Below, one piece after another: positions 20,897 through 33,400 of a DNA stretch of 64,000 nt. The DNA comes from Polyangiales bacterium (GTDB lineage Bacteria > Myxococcota_A > Polyangia > Polyangiales > JADJQN01): the NCBI GenBank assembly GCA_964202905.1, contig CAXNJO010000002.1, positions 448,001-512,000 of the forward strand. The letters run 5' to 3'. The first letter of the stretch is position 1. Every line of letters begins with the position of its first letter. Under the pieces are notes generated by a model. It was not told the DNA's origin and did not search any database. It was given only the letters and a program-made list of their open reading frames with translations. The translations under genes and the position numbers were made by a program.

Positions 20897-23188
20897 GTGT
20901 CGACAACCTCCCCGCTCCGCCTCGCGCTCGCCTTCGCATCCGTCCTCGCCCTCGCGGCCTGCGCCGGCAACGCGACGCCGCCCCCGGGGCGCCCGGATGG
21001 CGGTGGCATCGGAGACGGCGGCGCGCGCGACGGCGGCGGCGCCTGCGCGACGAACGCCGACTGCACGGACGACGGCATCTTCTGCAACGGCGGCGTGCTG
21101 TGCCGCGAGGGCGCCTGCACGACGACGCCCCCGCCGACGTGCAGCGACTCCATCGCGTGCACGCGCGACCTGTGCCTGACCGCCACCGACGCCTGCCAGA
21201 ACACCCCCGATGACGCGCTCTGCCCGATGGGCACGGTCTGCGAGCCCGGCGCGGGCTGCGCGACCCCCGCCGCGTGCGAGTTCGACGCCGACTGCACGGG
21301 CGACGGCGTCTTCTGCAACGGCGACGAGGTCTGCGTCGGGGCGATGTGCGTCTCGCCCGGCATGCGCAGCTGCGACGACACCGACTCCTGCACCGTCGAC
21401 GAGTGCGCCGAGTCGATGGGCCGCTGCGCGAACACGCTCGGCGATCACCGCAACGACCCGCTGCGCTGCGGCCCGACGGGCGCGAACGACTGCGTCGTCT
21501 GCCCCGCGCCGACGGCCGATCAGGTCAACACCTCCGCGTCGTGCAGCGTCGGCCTGTGCAGCCTCGCGTGCGCGACGGGCTTCGCCGACGCGGACCGCAA
21601 TGTCGCGAACGGCTGCGAGTGCGCGATTGGCGTCGGCACCGACGTGCCCGACGGAACGTACGCGGACAACGACTGCGACGGGATCGACGGCGACCGCGAG
21701 GCGGGGCTGCTCGTCTCGAACACGCTCGGCGCCGACACCGCGGACTGCGGCCTCGACTTCGCGACGCCCTGCCAGACCATCGCCTTCGCGACGACGCGCA
21801 CCTTCGCCGCGCGCCGCTTCGATCTCTTCGTGATGGCGGGCACCTACGACGAGGTCGTCGTGCTCTCGAGCGGCATGCGGGTCTTCGGCGGCTACGACAC
21901 CACGTGGCGCCGCGGCGCGCGCAGCGACAGCGCGCACCGCACCGTGATCCGCGGCGCGCTCGACGCGCCGTCCGGCCAGTACCTCACGGTCAAGGCGCGC
22001 AACCTCGTCGTCGAGTCCGTGCTCGAGAACCTCGTCCTCGTCGGCCCCGCCGCGAGCGGCACGGTGATGGGCGCCGGCAACGGTGCGTACGTCATCTACG
22101 CGGAGTCGGCCTCGGCGCTGCGCCTCGAGCGCGTGACGCTCCAGGCCGGCCCCGGCGCGCCCGGCGCCGACGGGACGAACGGCGACGACGCGGCGAGCCT
22201 CGCCGTGGCAGCGGGCGGCAGCCGGGGCGGGAACGGCGACGAGTACGACAGCGTCTGCGACACCTCGTCGCGGGGCGCCGGCGGCGGCGCCGGCACCAAC
22301 AGCTGCCCCGACGGCGCCGCGGTCCATGGCGGCGCAGGCGGCGCGGGCGGCACGATGGACACCTCGTGCGGCTTCAGCGGGAGCTGCGTCCTCAGCGGAA
22401 ACTGCGCGGCGCGGAGCGGTGACAGCGGCGCGGCCGCGGCGTTCCGCGCGGGCGCGTTCGGCGCGCCGGGCGGCGGCGCCGGGACGTGCAGCGGCAGCGC
22501 GGGTGCCGGTGGCCCGGGCCGCATCGCGAACGGAGCCGGCGGCGCGGGCGCAGGAGCGCGCGCGGCCTGCTCGTCTCGTCCTTCTGGTACGGCGCCTCGG
22601 GCGGGAGCGGGGCGTCGGCGAGAACGGCGGCGGAGGCGGTGGCGGAGGCGGCGGTGGCGGCTGCGACAACGGCATCGACTCGTACGGCGTCGGCGGCGGC
22701 GGCGGCGGCGCGGGCGGCTGTCGGGCGCGGGGCGCGGGCACGGGCGGCGGCGCGGGCGGCGGCAGCTTCGGCGTGGTCGTCGTCAGCAACTCGACCATCA
22801 CCGCGACCGACTGCGACGTGCTCCGCGCGAACGGCGGCGCGGGCGGACGCGGCGGCAGCAGCGGGCGCGGTCGGCCGGGCGGCTCCGCGGGCGCCCCGGC
22901 ACGCCCGAAGACTCGAGCGAGGGCGGTGCCGGCGGGACAGGCGGCCACGGCGGGCACGGCGGCGGCGGCGGCGGCGGCGCGGGCGGCGTCTCCTACGGCT
23001 TCTTCTCGCTGCGCTCGACCGTCACGCAGAGCTGCGCGTTCCTCTCGGGTGCGGGCGGCGCGGGCGGCGCCGGCGGGGCCCATGCGCCCTCGGCGCCCAC
23101 CCCCGAGCGCGATGGCAACGACGGCACGGCCGGCGTGACCGGCGCAATCGGCGACGTGCTCGTCTGCGCCGCGGCGACGGGCTGCTGA
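20897..23188 (+). CDS. Cys-rich / Gly-rich (PGRS-like) surface lipoprotein with compensating frameshifts
   Basis: LAAC lipobox; DDGIFCNG repeats; DNDCDGIDG. The Gly-rich tail moves between frames near 22555, 22615 and 22900. Confidence 0.8.
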   Translation: MSTTSPLRLALAFASVLALAACAGNATPPPGRPDGGGIGDGGARDGGGACATNADCTDDGIFCNGGVLCREGACTTTPPPTCSDSIACTRDLCLTATDACQNTPDDALCPMGTVCEPGAGCATPAACEFDADCTGDGVFCNGDEVCVGAMCVSPGMRSCDDTDSCTVDECAESMGRCANTLGDHRNDPLRCGPTGANDCVVCPAPTADQVNTSASCSVGLCSLACATGFADADRNVANGCECAIGVGTDVPDGTYADNDCDGIDGDREAGLLVSNTLGADTADCGLDFATPCQTIAFATTRTFAARRFDLFVMAGTYDEVVVLSSGMRVFGGYDTTWRRGARSDSAHRTVIRGALDAPSGQYLTVKARNLVVESVLENLVLVGPAASGTVMGAGNGAYVIYAESASALRLERVTLQAGPGAPGADGTNGDDAASLAVAAGGSRGGNGDEYDSVCDTSSRGAGGGAGTNSCPDGAAVHGGAGGAGGTMDTSCGFSGSCVLSGNCAARSGDSGAAAAFRAGAFGAPGGGAGTCSGSAGAGGPGRIANGAGGAGAGARAACSSRPSGTAPRAGAGRRRERRRRRWRRRRWRLRQRHRLVRRRRRRRRRGRLSGAGRGHGRRRGRRQLRRGRRQQLDHHRDRLRRAPRERRRGRTRRQQRARSAGRLRGRPGTPEDSSEGGAGGTGGHGGHGGGGGGGAGGVSYGFFSLRSTVTQSCAFLSGAGGAGGAGGAHAPSAPTPERDGNDGTAGVTGAIGDVLVCAAATGC

Positions 23189-23324
23189 ACGCGGCCTCCG
23201 CGCAGCCGCGTCGCCACTGAATGACCATTCAGCGCGACGCGCGCGACCGAATCACCATTCAGCGCGATGCGCGACGACCGCGCTCAACGGCCGCGCGCAA
23301 CGACCGCGCGCGACGCGTACGCCG

Positions 23325-23984
23325 TCAGCCCTTCGCGAAGAGGCCGATCGGGCAGGTCACGCCCGTGCCGCCGATGCCGCAGTAGCCGTCCGGGTTCTTC
23401 GCGAGGTACTGCTGGTGGTAGTCCTCGGCGAAATAGAGCTCGGGGCGCGGGAGGATCTCGGTGGTGATGCGGCCGAAGCCCGAGGCGCGCAGCCGCTCCT
23501 GGTACGCGTCGCGTGACGCCTCGGCCCGCGCGCGCTCCTCGGCCGTCGCGAGGTAGAGGCCCGAGCGGTACTGCGTGCCGACGTCGTTGCCCTGCCGCAT
23601 GCCCTGCGCCGGATCGTGGTTCTCCCAGAAGACCTGCAGGAGCGCGTCGAAGGCGATCCGGCTCGGGTCGTACACGATCAGCGCGACCTCGTTGTGGCCC
23701 GTGCGGCCCGTGCAGACCTCGCGATACGTGGGGTTGGGCGTGAGCCCCGCGGCGTAGCCGACCGCCGTCGTGTAGACGCCGTCGAGCTTCCAGAAGATGC
23801 GCTCGACGCCCCAGAAACAGCCCATGCCGACGAGCAGCTCGGCGCTGCCTTCGGGGAAGGGGCCGACGAGCGGCGTCCCGAGCACGAAGTGCGACGCGGG
23901 GACGGGCATGCGCTCACTGCGGCCGGGCAGCGCCTGCGCGGCGGTTGGGATGCGGGCCTTCTCGGAGGAGGTGAAAAACGACAT
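23325..23984 (-). CDS. msrA: Peptide-methionine (S)-S-oxide reductase
   Basis: [46 protein letters not shown]. Confidence 0.97.
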   Translation of the reverse strand: MSFFTSSEKARIPTAAQALPGRSERMPVPASHFVLGTPLVGPFPEGSAELLVGMGCFWGVERIFWKLDGVYTTAVGYAAGLTPNPTYREVCTGRTGHNEVALIVYDPSRIAFDALLQVFWENHDPAQGMRQGNDVGTQYRSGLYLATAEERARAEASRDAYQERLRASGFGRITTEILPRPELYFAEDYHQQYLAKNPDGYCGIGGTGVTCPIGLFAKG

Positions 23985-24061
23985 TCGCGGGAATCTCGGT
24001 CCGGCGGAGGCGCATGGGAAGGGGCATCTGCCGCGCCCGGCGACGCGAACCCGCGCCGGGG

Positions 24062-25555
24062 TCAGCCTGCGCGTCGGCGCCGCACGAGGATCGCTGCGCC
24101 GCCGACTGCCCAGAGGGCGAGGAGCGGCGCGGTCCCCCGGCCCCCGCCTGCGCGGCAGCCGCAACGCCCGACGAGCGGCGCGTCCACGCTGCCGTCGGCA
24201 CGATCGCGGCCCCCACCGTCGCGCACCGCGCCAGCGTCGGCGCCGCCATCGGGCACGCCCGCGTCAGGCGGCGGGTCTTCCCCGCAGCGCGCGAGGGTCG
24301 AAGACGTCTCGACGCAGCCCCCGGTACAGGCGCGCTCCGCATACGCGCCGAGCGTGCAGACGCCGAGCGTCGCGCCGTCGCGACAGAACGCGCCATCCTC
24401 TGCGCCGAGCTCGGCGTTGCACAGGAGATGGACGCAGTGCGCCTGCGCGGGCGGTCCCGCCTCGCTGCACGTCGCGCCGTACACGCCGCAGTCGCCCTCG
24501 CTGAGGCGGCCGAGCTCGCAGGTCCCGATGCGCGTCGCGTCGAGACAGAAGCCCCCCTGCTCGCCGCCCTCGAGGTTCGCGGGGCAGTACGGGTGCACGC
24601 AATGCGCGAGGCCGCCCGCCGTCGAACAGGGCGCGCCGAAGAAACCGCAGTCCCCCGCGAGCACGGGTGCGCCCTCGCTGCACGACGTCGCGACGGTGCC
24701 CTCGCACGCCTGGAAATTGCGGTCTCCGCGGCAGAGCGGATCGATGTAGTCGGGGCAGTGCGGGGCCGCGCCGCTGCCGCTCGCGTAGAACGCGAGGTGG
24801 TTGCCCACGGTGCGCTCGGAGCCGTCGGACGGCCGGTTCTTCACGGCGCCGTTCACCACCATCGTGGAACTGCCGCCCCCATCGAGCGCGACCGCGTCGT
24901 GGGCGCCCTCGAGCGCCATCACGAAGGCGAGCTCGTCACAGGTCATGCCGGCCGCGCCCGCGCGTCGACCGTCGACGACCATCACGATCAGCGTGCGGTG
25001 ATCCTCGGTGAGCCCGAGCACGGTGCGCGGGTTGCGGTTCGTGCAGAGCGGATCGCCCGGGCTCCCGACGACGGCGCCGCGGTGCAGGAGCGTCGGATGA
25101 CCGCTCACGATCTCGCGCGCCCACGGCGGCGGCGTGCCCTCGAGGCCGTGGAGCGGGAAGTCCACGTGCGCGGAGCCAAACGCGATCGGCGCGACGTAGG
25201 TGTGGTTCGGCCCGCCCCAGGTCGCGCCGTCGTGCGCGGAGGGGCCATCGGTGTTGAACGCGCCGTCGAGGCTGAAGAAATCGCCGTTGATCGCGGCCTG
25301 CGCGCCGACGTCCGACGCGAAGCGGCTCACCCGGCGCCCGCGCTCGCCCTCCGCCGTGCCACGCACGCTCACGCCCGCCGCGCAGAGGTCGAGCCGCAGC
25401 ACCCACAGATCCTGCCCGCCCTCGACGTGGTGCTTCAGCGTGCCGCCCGCGAACGGCGTCGTGATCTCGTCGTACGCGCGCGCCTCCGCGGCGAAGGACA
25501 GCCCGGCGACGAGACCGGCGACGACGATGGACGGCAGCGTGTGACGCACGCGCAA
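24062..25555 (-). CDS. Phosphodiester glycosidase (NAGPA) family protein with Cys-rich region and MYXO-CTERM-like tail
   Basis: [41 protein letters not shown]-terminal GC-TM-RRRR. Confidence 0.87.
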   Translation of the reverse strand: MRVRHTLPSIVVAGLVAGLSFAAEARAYDEITTPFAGGTLKHHVEGGQDLWVLRLDLCAAGVSVRGTAEGERGRRVSRFASDVGAQAAINGDFFSLDGAFNTDGPSAHDGATWGGPNHTYVAPIAFGSAHVDFPLHGLEGTPPPWAREIVSGHPTLLHRGAVVGSPGDPLCTNRNPRTVLGLTEDHRTLIVMVVDGRRAGAAGMTCDELAFVMALEGAHDAVALDGGGSSTMVVNGAVKNRPSDGSERTVGNHLAFYASGSGAAPHCPDYIDPLCRGDRNFQACEGTVATSCSEGAPVLAGDCGFFGAPCSTAGGLAHCVHPYCPANLEGGEQGGFCLDATRIGTCELGRLSEGDCGVYGATCSEAGPPAQAHCVHLLCNAELGAEDGAFCRDGATLGVCTLGAYAERACTGGCVETSSTLARCGEDPPPDAGVPDGGADAGAVRDGGGRDRADGSVDAPLVGRCGCRAGGGRGTAPLLALWAVGGAAILVRRRRAG

Positions 25556-25664
25556 CAGAATCGCGCTCCGGCCCCGATGTCAACGCGCGGCGTCCCGGCT
25601 GCGCCGGCCCGCGGCGACGGATCGGCGCCGACAGGCCCGAACGAGAAGCGCTAACGTCGCGCGC

Positions 25665-26915
25665 ATGGCGAACGGGAAGATCGCATTCGCGATGGTGGGG
25701 CTGCCGGCGCGCGGCAAGACGTACATGGCGCGCAAGATCGCGCGCTACCTCTCGTGGCTCGGCCACGACACGCGCGTCTTCAACGTCGGCAGCTACCGTC
25801 GCAACCGCATCGGGGCGCGGCAGACGCACGAGTTCTTCGACCCCGAGAATCCATCGGGCGCCGAGGCGCGTCGGCAGCTCGCGCTCGCGGCGCTCGACGA
25901 CATGCTCGGCTGGCTGCGCTCGGGCGGCGACGTCGCCATCTACGACGCCACGAACAGCTCGCGCGCGCGACGCGACCTGCTGCGCGCGGCCTGCGCGGAG
26001 CGCGGCGTCGAGCTCGTCTTCGTCGAGTCGGTCTGCGACGACGCCACGATCGTCGACGCCAACGTGCGCCTCACCAAGGCGCGCTCGCCCGATTACGCCG
26101 ACGTCGACGCCGACACCGCCGTGCGCGACTTCCTCGCGCGCATCCACCACTACGAGCACAGCTACCAGACGGTGAGCGACGACGAGGGCGCGTACGTCCG
26201 CGTGATCGACGTCGGGCGCAAGGTCGAGGCCCACCGCATCCGCGGCTCGATCGCGGCGCGGGTCGTGTACTTCCTGCTCAACCTGCACATCCAGCCCCGC
26301 AGCTTCTGGCTCACGCGACACGGCGAGAGCGAGGCGAACGTCCTCGGCGCGATCGGCGGCGACACGGGCCTCAGCCTTCGCGGCCAGGGCTACGCCGACG
26401 CGCTCGCGGAGTTCGTGCACGCGCGTGTCGCGCCGGGCGGCTCCCCCCTCGTCGTCTGGACGAGCACCCTGCAGCGCACCATCGCGACCGCCGCGCCGCT
26501 CGGCCTGCCGACGACGCGCTGGAAGGCGCTCGACGAGATCGACGCGGGCCGCTGCGATGGGATGACCTACGCCGAGATCGCCGGGCAGATGCCCGAGGAG
26601 TGGGCCGCACGGCAGACGGACAAGTTCCGCTACCGCTACCCGCGCGGCGAGTCCTACGAGGACGTCATCACCCGCCTCGAGCCGATCCTCCTCGGCCTCG
26701 AGCGCGAGCGAACGCCCGTGCTCGTCGTCGCGCATCAGGCCGTCATCCGCGCGCTCTACGCCTACCTGCTCGATCGGCCCGCCGCCGAGTGCCCGCGCAT
26801 CGACGTGCCGCTGCACACCGTGCTCGAGCTGACGCCGACGGCCTACGGCTGCGACGAGAAGCGCTGGCCGCTCGCGCCCTCCCCGCTCGATCAGGAGGGC
26901 TTTCGCGCGGTGTGA
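25665..26915 (+). CDS. Bifunctional 6-phosphofructo-2-kinase / fructose-2,6-bisphosphatase (eukaryote-type PFKFB)
   Basis: MVGLPARGKT, FNVGSYRR, YDATNS, FVESVCDD, SPDY; then LTRHGES, WTSTLQRT, LDEIDAG, YRYPRGESY, AHQAVIR. Confidence 0.95.
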   Translation: MANGKIAFAMVGLPARGKTYMARKIARYLSWLGHDTRVFNVGSYRRNRIGARQTHEFFDPENPSGAEARRQLALAALDDMLGWLRSGGDVAIYDATNSSRARRDLLRAACAERGVELVFVESVCDDATIVDANVRLTKARSPDYADVDADTAVRDFLARIHHYEHSYQTVSDDEGAYVRVIDVGRKVEAHRIRGSIAARVVYFLLNLHIQPRSFWLTRHGESEANVLGAIGGDTGLSLRGQGYADALAEFVHARVAPGGSPLVVWTSTLQRTIATAAPLGLPTTRWKALDEIDAGRCDGMTYAEIAGQMPEEWAARQTDKFRYRYPRGESYEDVITRLEPILLGLERERTPVLVVAHQAVIRALYAYLLDRPAAECPRIDVPLHTVLELTPTAYGCDEKRWPLAPSPLDQEGFRAV

Positions 26916-26965
26916 GCGAGACGCGCTGCGCGTTTCCAGGGACGCGCGGCCTCCCGTGCCGCGAT

Positions 26966-29900
26966 TCAGTAGGTGACGAACTCCACCCCGTCGTTGGCCA
27001 GCGTGAAGTTCGTCGCGTTGCGACCGGGGCGGAAGTACGCCGCCGACCCGGCCGAGTCTTCGACACCCTGCGTGATGGTGCGCGACGAAGTCGGCAACGA
27101 CGTGGTGTGGATCTGGATGCGGTCGGTGGTCTCGAAGAGGATGATCTGCGTCGTCACCGGCGTGGACGTCGCGTAGTACGGCACGGAGATGTACGACACG
27201 ACGAACGTGCGGTTGGGCGCCGCGCCGCGCGTCTGATAGCGGATGGTCCCGCTGCTCGTGAGGCTCAGATCCGTCCACGCGGCCGCGATGAGGTCGTCCG
27301 TAAAGTCGAAGGACGGAATCGTGGACCCCGAGCAGCAACCCGAACCGATGCCCGTGTCGAAGCTCAGGAAGCCGTTCGAGGAGATCGACACCTGCGTGTA
27401 GGTGTTGTTGAAGAAGCGGAAGCTGAACCCGATCGGGATCGCTCCGGTGGTGCCGTCGTCGGTGGCCGCGAGGACTGACGTCCCCGTCGTCGCGACGGGC
27501 GCGAAGGGGATCGCGTAAGCGCCCGGCGTCGTGACCGAGCAGCCCTCGTCGGTGCTGCCGTTGCAGTTGTCGTCGGCGCCGTTCGCGCAGACCTCGGCCG
27601 TGGAGCTCGTCGCGTCGTTGCAGACGAGCGCCCCGCCCGAGCACACGCGGGTGCCCTCGACGCAGAGGTCCGTGTCCGCGCCATCGCACGGCGCACCGCC
27701 GCCCGGATTGCCATCGTCGGTGATGCCATTGCAGTCGTCATCGAGGCCGTTGCACGTCTCGACGCTCGTGCCGGTCACGTCGTTGCAGACGAGCGTGCCG
27801 CTCGCGCAGGTGCGCGTGCCCTCGTTGCAGACGTCGCCGTCCGACCCGTCGCAGGGCGTGCCGCCGCCGGGGTTGCCGTCGTCGATGACGCCGTTGCAGT
27901 CGTCGTCGGCGCCGTTGCACGCCTCGAGCGACGTCCCCGTCGTGTCGCTGCACACGAGGGCGCCGCCCGTGCAGGTGCCGACGCCCTCGTTGCAGAGGTC
28001 ACCGTCACCCCCGTCGCACGCCGCGCCACCGCCCGGATTGCCATCGTCGACGATGCCATCGCAGTCGTCGTCGGTGCCGTTGCAGCTCTCTGCGACCGGG
28101 CCGACCCAGCCCGCGCATGTGCCCCACGTCGAACCGACGCCGCCCGAGCCCGAGACGCACGTCTGCGCGCCGGTCACGCACGCGCCGACCCCGCTGGTAC
28201 CCGACGAGCCGCCGTAGCAGCTGCGCGTCGCGCCGAGTGAGCAGTCGCAGCCCTCGTCCGTGGCGCCGTTGCAGTTGTCGTCGACTCCATTGCAGCTCTC
28301 GGTGTTGGAGCCCGTCGCGTCGTCGCAGACGAGCATGCCCGCCATGCAGCGGTTCACGCCCTCCTGGCAGCTGTCCGCGTCCGCGCCGTCGCACGCGCCG
28401 CCGTCCGCGCCGTCGTCGGCCGTGCCGTCGCAGTCGTCGTCGAGCCCGTTGCACACCTCCGTGCCCGGCAGCCCGCTCGACGCGCTGCACGTCGTCCCCG
28501 CGCCATCCGCGCGGCAGACGTACGCGCCCGTGCGCGCGCACCCGCCGACGCCGACCGTGCAGGGGCGGCCGAGCTCGGTGAAGGGCTCGTCCACGACTCC
28601 GTCGCAGTCGTCGTCGATCGCGTTGCACAGCTCGGTGCCGGGCGCCGCCGCGCCCACGCTGCACGTCGTGCCGCTGCCGTCCGAGCGGCAGACGACCGAC
28701 CCGGTGCGCGCGCACGCGCCGACGCCCACCGAACACGCGCCGCCGAGCGAGAAGCCGTTGTCGACGGCGCCGTCGCCGTCGTCGTCGCAGGTGTTGCAGA
28801 ACTCGGTCGCGACGCAGCGGCCCCAGCCGCACGCGTCACCGCAGGTCTGGCTGCCGATCGTGCCGCAGCCGGGCACGACGCACGGCCGCGTCTCGCCCGC
28901 GCGGCACTCGACCGTGCTGCCCGGGCCGGGCTCGTCGATGCGACCGTCGCCATTGTCGTCGCAGCCGTTGCACGTCTCGGTCGGAGCGAGGCACGCGCCG
29001 AGACGGCACGCGCCGTTGCACGTCTGCGAGCCTCCCGTGCCGCACGTCGTCGTGCAGGTGCGCGCGCCCGAGCCGAGCGCGCATTGCATGCCGGGGCCGT
29101 CGTCGACGCCCACGGGGAACGCCGCGCCCCCGCCGGAGCAGTCGTTGTCGACACCGTCGCAGAGCTCCGCCGCGCCGGGGCGGATCGCGCGGTTGAGGTC
29201 GTCACAGTCGGCCCCCGACGCGCAACCGATCGCGGTGAAGCCGTCCCCGTCCGCGTCCGAGCCGCCCGCGACGCACATGCCCGGCTCCACGCAGGAGTCC
29301 GTCGTGCACGCGAGGCCGTCGCTGCAGTCGAGTCGCGCCCCCGCGACGCAGCCCATGCCAGGCGTCGTGCCCGTCACGTCGCAGCGCTCGGCGCCGTTGC
29401 ACACGAGGCCGTCCGAGCACGCCGCGTCGTTCGCGTCCTGGACGCAGGCGTCGGTCATCGCGTCACAGCGGCCGACGGAGCAGCCGATCGAGTCGCGGCA
29501 CTCGGGGGCCGTGCCCGACACACAGCCCGCCATCGCGTCGCAGCGCTCGGCGCCGTTGCAGAAGACCGCGTCGTCGCACGCCGCGGCCTCGGGGACCGCG
29601 ACGCAGCCGCCGGTCATCTCGTCGCAGACGTCGCGCGTGCAAGCCACGGCGTCGTCGCAGGCGAGCGCGGCGCCCGACACGCAGCCCTCGCCGTCGGCGC
29701 CTGCGCCGCCGGGCACGCAGGTCTCGGCCCCGTTGCAGACGAGCCCGTCGTCGCACGCGGTGTCCGCGGGTGCGCTCGCGCACGCGTCGCGGGTCGCGTC
29801 GCACGCGTCCACGGTGCAGGCAAAACCGTCGTCGCAATTGGGCACGTCCCCGCGCCGACAGCCGAACGCCGGGTCGCAGCGCTCGGCGCCGTTGCAGAAG

Positions 29901-30332
29901 ACACCATCGTCACAGGTGGCATCCGATTCGCAGGGCCGCGGCGCCGTGCAGCCGTCGATGCGGTCGCACATCAGCCCCACCGGGCACCGCGTGTCGTCCG
30001 CCGCCGCAGAGCACGCGCCCGTGCCGGGATCGCAGGCGTCCGCCGTGCATCCGATCGCGTCGTCGCAGACGACGGGCGTGCCGGGAACGCACACGCCGGC
30101 GATGCACGTCTCGCGCCCGTTGCAGGCGTCGAGGTCGTCGCAGGCGGCTGTCGTCCGCGCAGGTCGGCCCGGCGTCCCGGTCGCCGGGGTTCGCGTCGAC
30201 CTCGGCGTCGAGCGCCGCGTCCGCGGCCGGCCCTGCGTCGAACGCGCGCCGTGGCGGCACACCGCTCGCGCAGGCCGCGAGAGCGCCCGTCGCGAGGGCG
30301 AGCGCCGCCATCGAACACAGCACGTGGAACAT
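26966..30332 (-). CDS. Large Cys-rich lipoprotein (CDDG/CNG and MopE-like repeats) with C-terminal NIDO-like domain (frameshift near 30150)
   Basis: ALAAC lipobox in the 29910..33893 frame; many ExCNGxDDDCxG repeats; DDGTTGAIPIGFSFRFFNNTYTQVSISSNGFLSF. Confidence 0.85.
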
Positions 30333-30497
30333 GGACCTCGGGCGGGCGGGCAAGGCGCGGCAGAAAGTCATCGAGAGACCGTACGCGAATGACGCGGTCG
30401 AGATCCATGGGACTTTCCGAGCATTGCGCGGGCGGGGTACGCTCGTGCAGCCGCATCGGGTCTGCCGCCCGACCGCGCGCACCGAGAGACACGCCCC

Positions 30498-33400
30498 ATG
30501 ACTCCCACCGTGCGTCCCGCCTCGATCTGGCTCGCCGTGCTGATCACGACCGCAGCCGCCTGCGGAGGCGCAGGGGATTCCGGGGGCGGCGGCATGACGC
30601 GCGCCGACGGCGGCCCGCCGCGCACCGACGCGGGGCCGACGGGCATGGACGGCAGCACGATCGGGGAGGACGGAGGCGGCTCCGGGGCGGACGGCGGTGA
30701 CGTGGACGCGGGCCCGACCGACGAACTCTGCAACGGCGTGGACGACGACGCGGACGGCCGCGTCGACGAAGGCTGCGGCTGCGAGTCCGGCACCACGCAG
30801 GCCTGCTGGCCGGGCGACCCGTCGCTCGCGGGCGTCGGCCTCTGTCTGCTCGGACGCCAGACCTGCGTGGACACCGGCGCCGAGTTCGGCACCTGGGGCG
30901 CGTGCATCGGGGCCGAGCCGCCGGGCACGGAGGCGTGCGACGCGCGCGACAACGACTGCGACGGCGTCGTCGACGACGGCTGCGACTGCACGGCGGCCGA
31001 GACGCGCCCCTGCTACGAGGGTCCCGCGGGCACCCTCGGCATCGGAGCGTGCCGCGGCGGCACGGAGCGCTGCGCGTCGGGCGCGGGCGGCATCGGCACC
31101 GCATGGGGAACGTGCGCGGGCGCCGTGCTCCCCGCTACGGAGCTGTGTGACGGCATCGACAACGACTGCAACGGCGCCGTCGACGAGGGCTGCGGCTGCA
31201 CCGACGGCACCGCGCGCGATTGCTACACCGGCCCAGCGGGGACGGAGGGCGTGGGCCTCTGCCGCGCGGGTCGGCAGTACTGCTCGGTCGACGCGACGGG
31301 CCTCGCCGTGTGGGGCGCGTGCGACGGCGTCGCGCTGCCCGGGGCGGACACGTGCAACGGCATCGACGACGACTGCGACGGCACGGCCGACGAGGACTGC
31401 CTCTGCCCGCCCGGCTCCGTGCGCAGCTGCTACGAGGGCCCCGCCGGGACGCGCGGCATCGGCCTCTGCCGCGCGGGCACGCAGGCGTGCACGCTCGTGA
31501 CGGGCGGCGCGGGCTCGGATTGGGCCGCGTGCACCGGCGAGCGCCTCCCGAGCGAGGAGCTCTGCAACGGCACCGACGACGACTGCGACGGCCTCCTCGA
31601 CGAGGGCTGCTCGTGCCGGCTCGGCGAGACGCGCAGCTGCTACTCGGGCCCGGCCGGCTCGGTCGGCTACGGCATGTGCCGCGCGGGCACGCAGACCTGC
31701 GCCGCGGGCAGCGACGGGTCGCCGGGCTGGGGCCCGTGTGGCGGCGAGCGCACGCCCGACCCCGAGGTCTGCTTCGATGGTCTCGATGGCGACTGCGACG
31801 GCGTGGTCGACGACGGCTGCGTGTGCCGCGAGGGCACCCCGCGCGGCTGCTACGCCGGCCCCGCCGAGACGCGCGGCGTCGGCCTGTGCACCGACGGCGT
31901 GCAGACGTGCGCGCTCGCGAGCGGCGGCGCGGGCGCGGACTGGGGCACCTGCACCGGCGGCCGGCTGCCGGCGGGCGAGCTCTGCGACGGCCTCGACAAC
32001 GACTGCGACGGCACCGCCGACGAGGGCTGCGACTGCCGCCCCGGCGAGCGGCGCGGCTGCTACACGGGCCCCGCGGGCACCGACGGCGTCGGCATCTGCG
32101 CGGGCGGCGAGCAGACCTGCGACGTGCGCCCCGACGGCACCGCGAGCTGGAGCGCCTGCGCGGGCGCGGTCCTGCCCGGCACGGAGGCGTGCAACGGCCG
32201 CGACGACGACTGCGACGGCCTCAACGACGAGGGCTGCGAGTGCGACGTCGGCGCGACGCGCGCGTGCTATCCGGGCGCGGCGGCCACGCGCAGCGTCGGC
32301 CTGTGCGCGGACGGCGTGCAGAGCTGCGTCGGCTCCGCGTCCGGCTCGAGCTGGGCGGCGTGCACCGGCGCCGTCGAGCCCGCGCTCGAGGTGTGCGACG
32401 GCCGCGACAACGACTGCAACGGCGTCGTCGACGAGGGCTGCGGCTGCACGCCGCGCACGACACGCAGCTGCTACGCGGGGCCCGCGGGCACGCCGGGCGT
32501 CGGCCTCTGCCGCGAGGGCGTGCAGACCTGCGCGCTCTCGGCGGATGGCACGACGTCGGCGTGGGGCGACTGCGCCGGCTCCGCGCTGCCCGCACCCGAG
32601 CTCTGCAACGGCGCCGACGACGACTGTGACGGCGTCATCGACGACGGCTGCGCGTGCGTGCCGGGTGTCACGCGCTCCTGCTACGAGGGCCCCGCGGGGA
32701 CGGCGCGCGTCGGCCTCTGCCGTGATGGCAGCCAGCTGTGCCTCTCGGGCGCGGGCGGCGTCGGCTCGAGCTGGGGCACGTGCATCGGCTGGCTCGGCCC
32801 CGCGACGGAACTCTGCGACGGCGCCGACAACGACTGCGACGGCGTGCCCGACGAGACCTGCGCGTGCGCGATGGGCACGTCGCGCGGCTGCTACTCGGGC
32901 TCGCCCGCGACGCGCAGCGTCGGCGTGTGCCGCGACGGCGCGCAGATGTGCTTCTTCTCCGGCGGCAGCGCGGGATGGGGCGCCTGTGCGGGCGAATCGC
33001 TGCCCGGCGTCGAGTCCTGCAACGGCCTCGACGACGACTGCGATGGCATCGTGGACGATGGTGTCTGCTCGGTGGCGCCGCTCGCGATGTGCCCGGCGCC
33101 CGCGACCACGCGCCCGCTCGTCCCGGTGACGCTGACCGGCAACGGCAGCGATCCGGACGGCGGCGTCATCGCCGCGTGGCGCTGGGAGCTCGTCTCGACG
33201 CCCGTCGGCGCGACGGGCACGATCTCCGCCCCGAGCGCGCGCACGACGCAGTTCACCCCGAACCTCGTCGGCGTGTACACGCTGCGTCTCACCATCACGG
33301 ACGATGAGGGTCAGACGGCGACGTGCACCACCACCGTGACGGCCACGGGCGAGGGCATCCGCGTCGAGGTCACGTGGAACACCGCGACCGACATCGACAC

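Noticed and set aside
2320..30170. Frameshifts in the kinase, RCC1, PGRS-like and NIDO genes as programmed frameshifting or phase variation
   Set aside because: They are scattered, sometimes clustered (11600-11830) or compensating (22555-22900), and lack slippery motifs. Sequencing indels are the simpler explanation.
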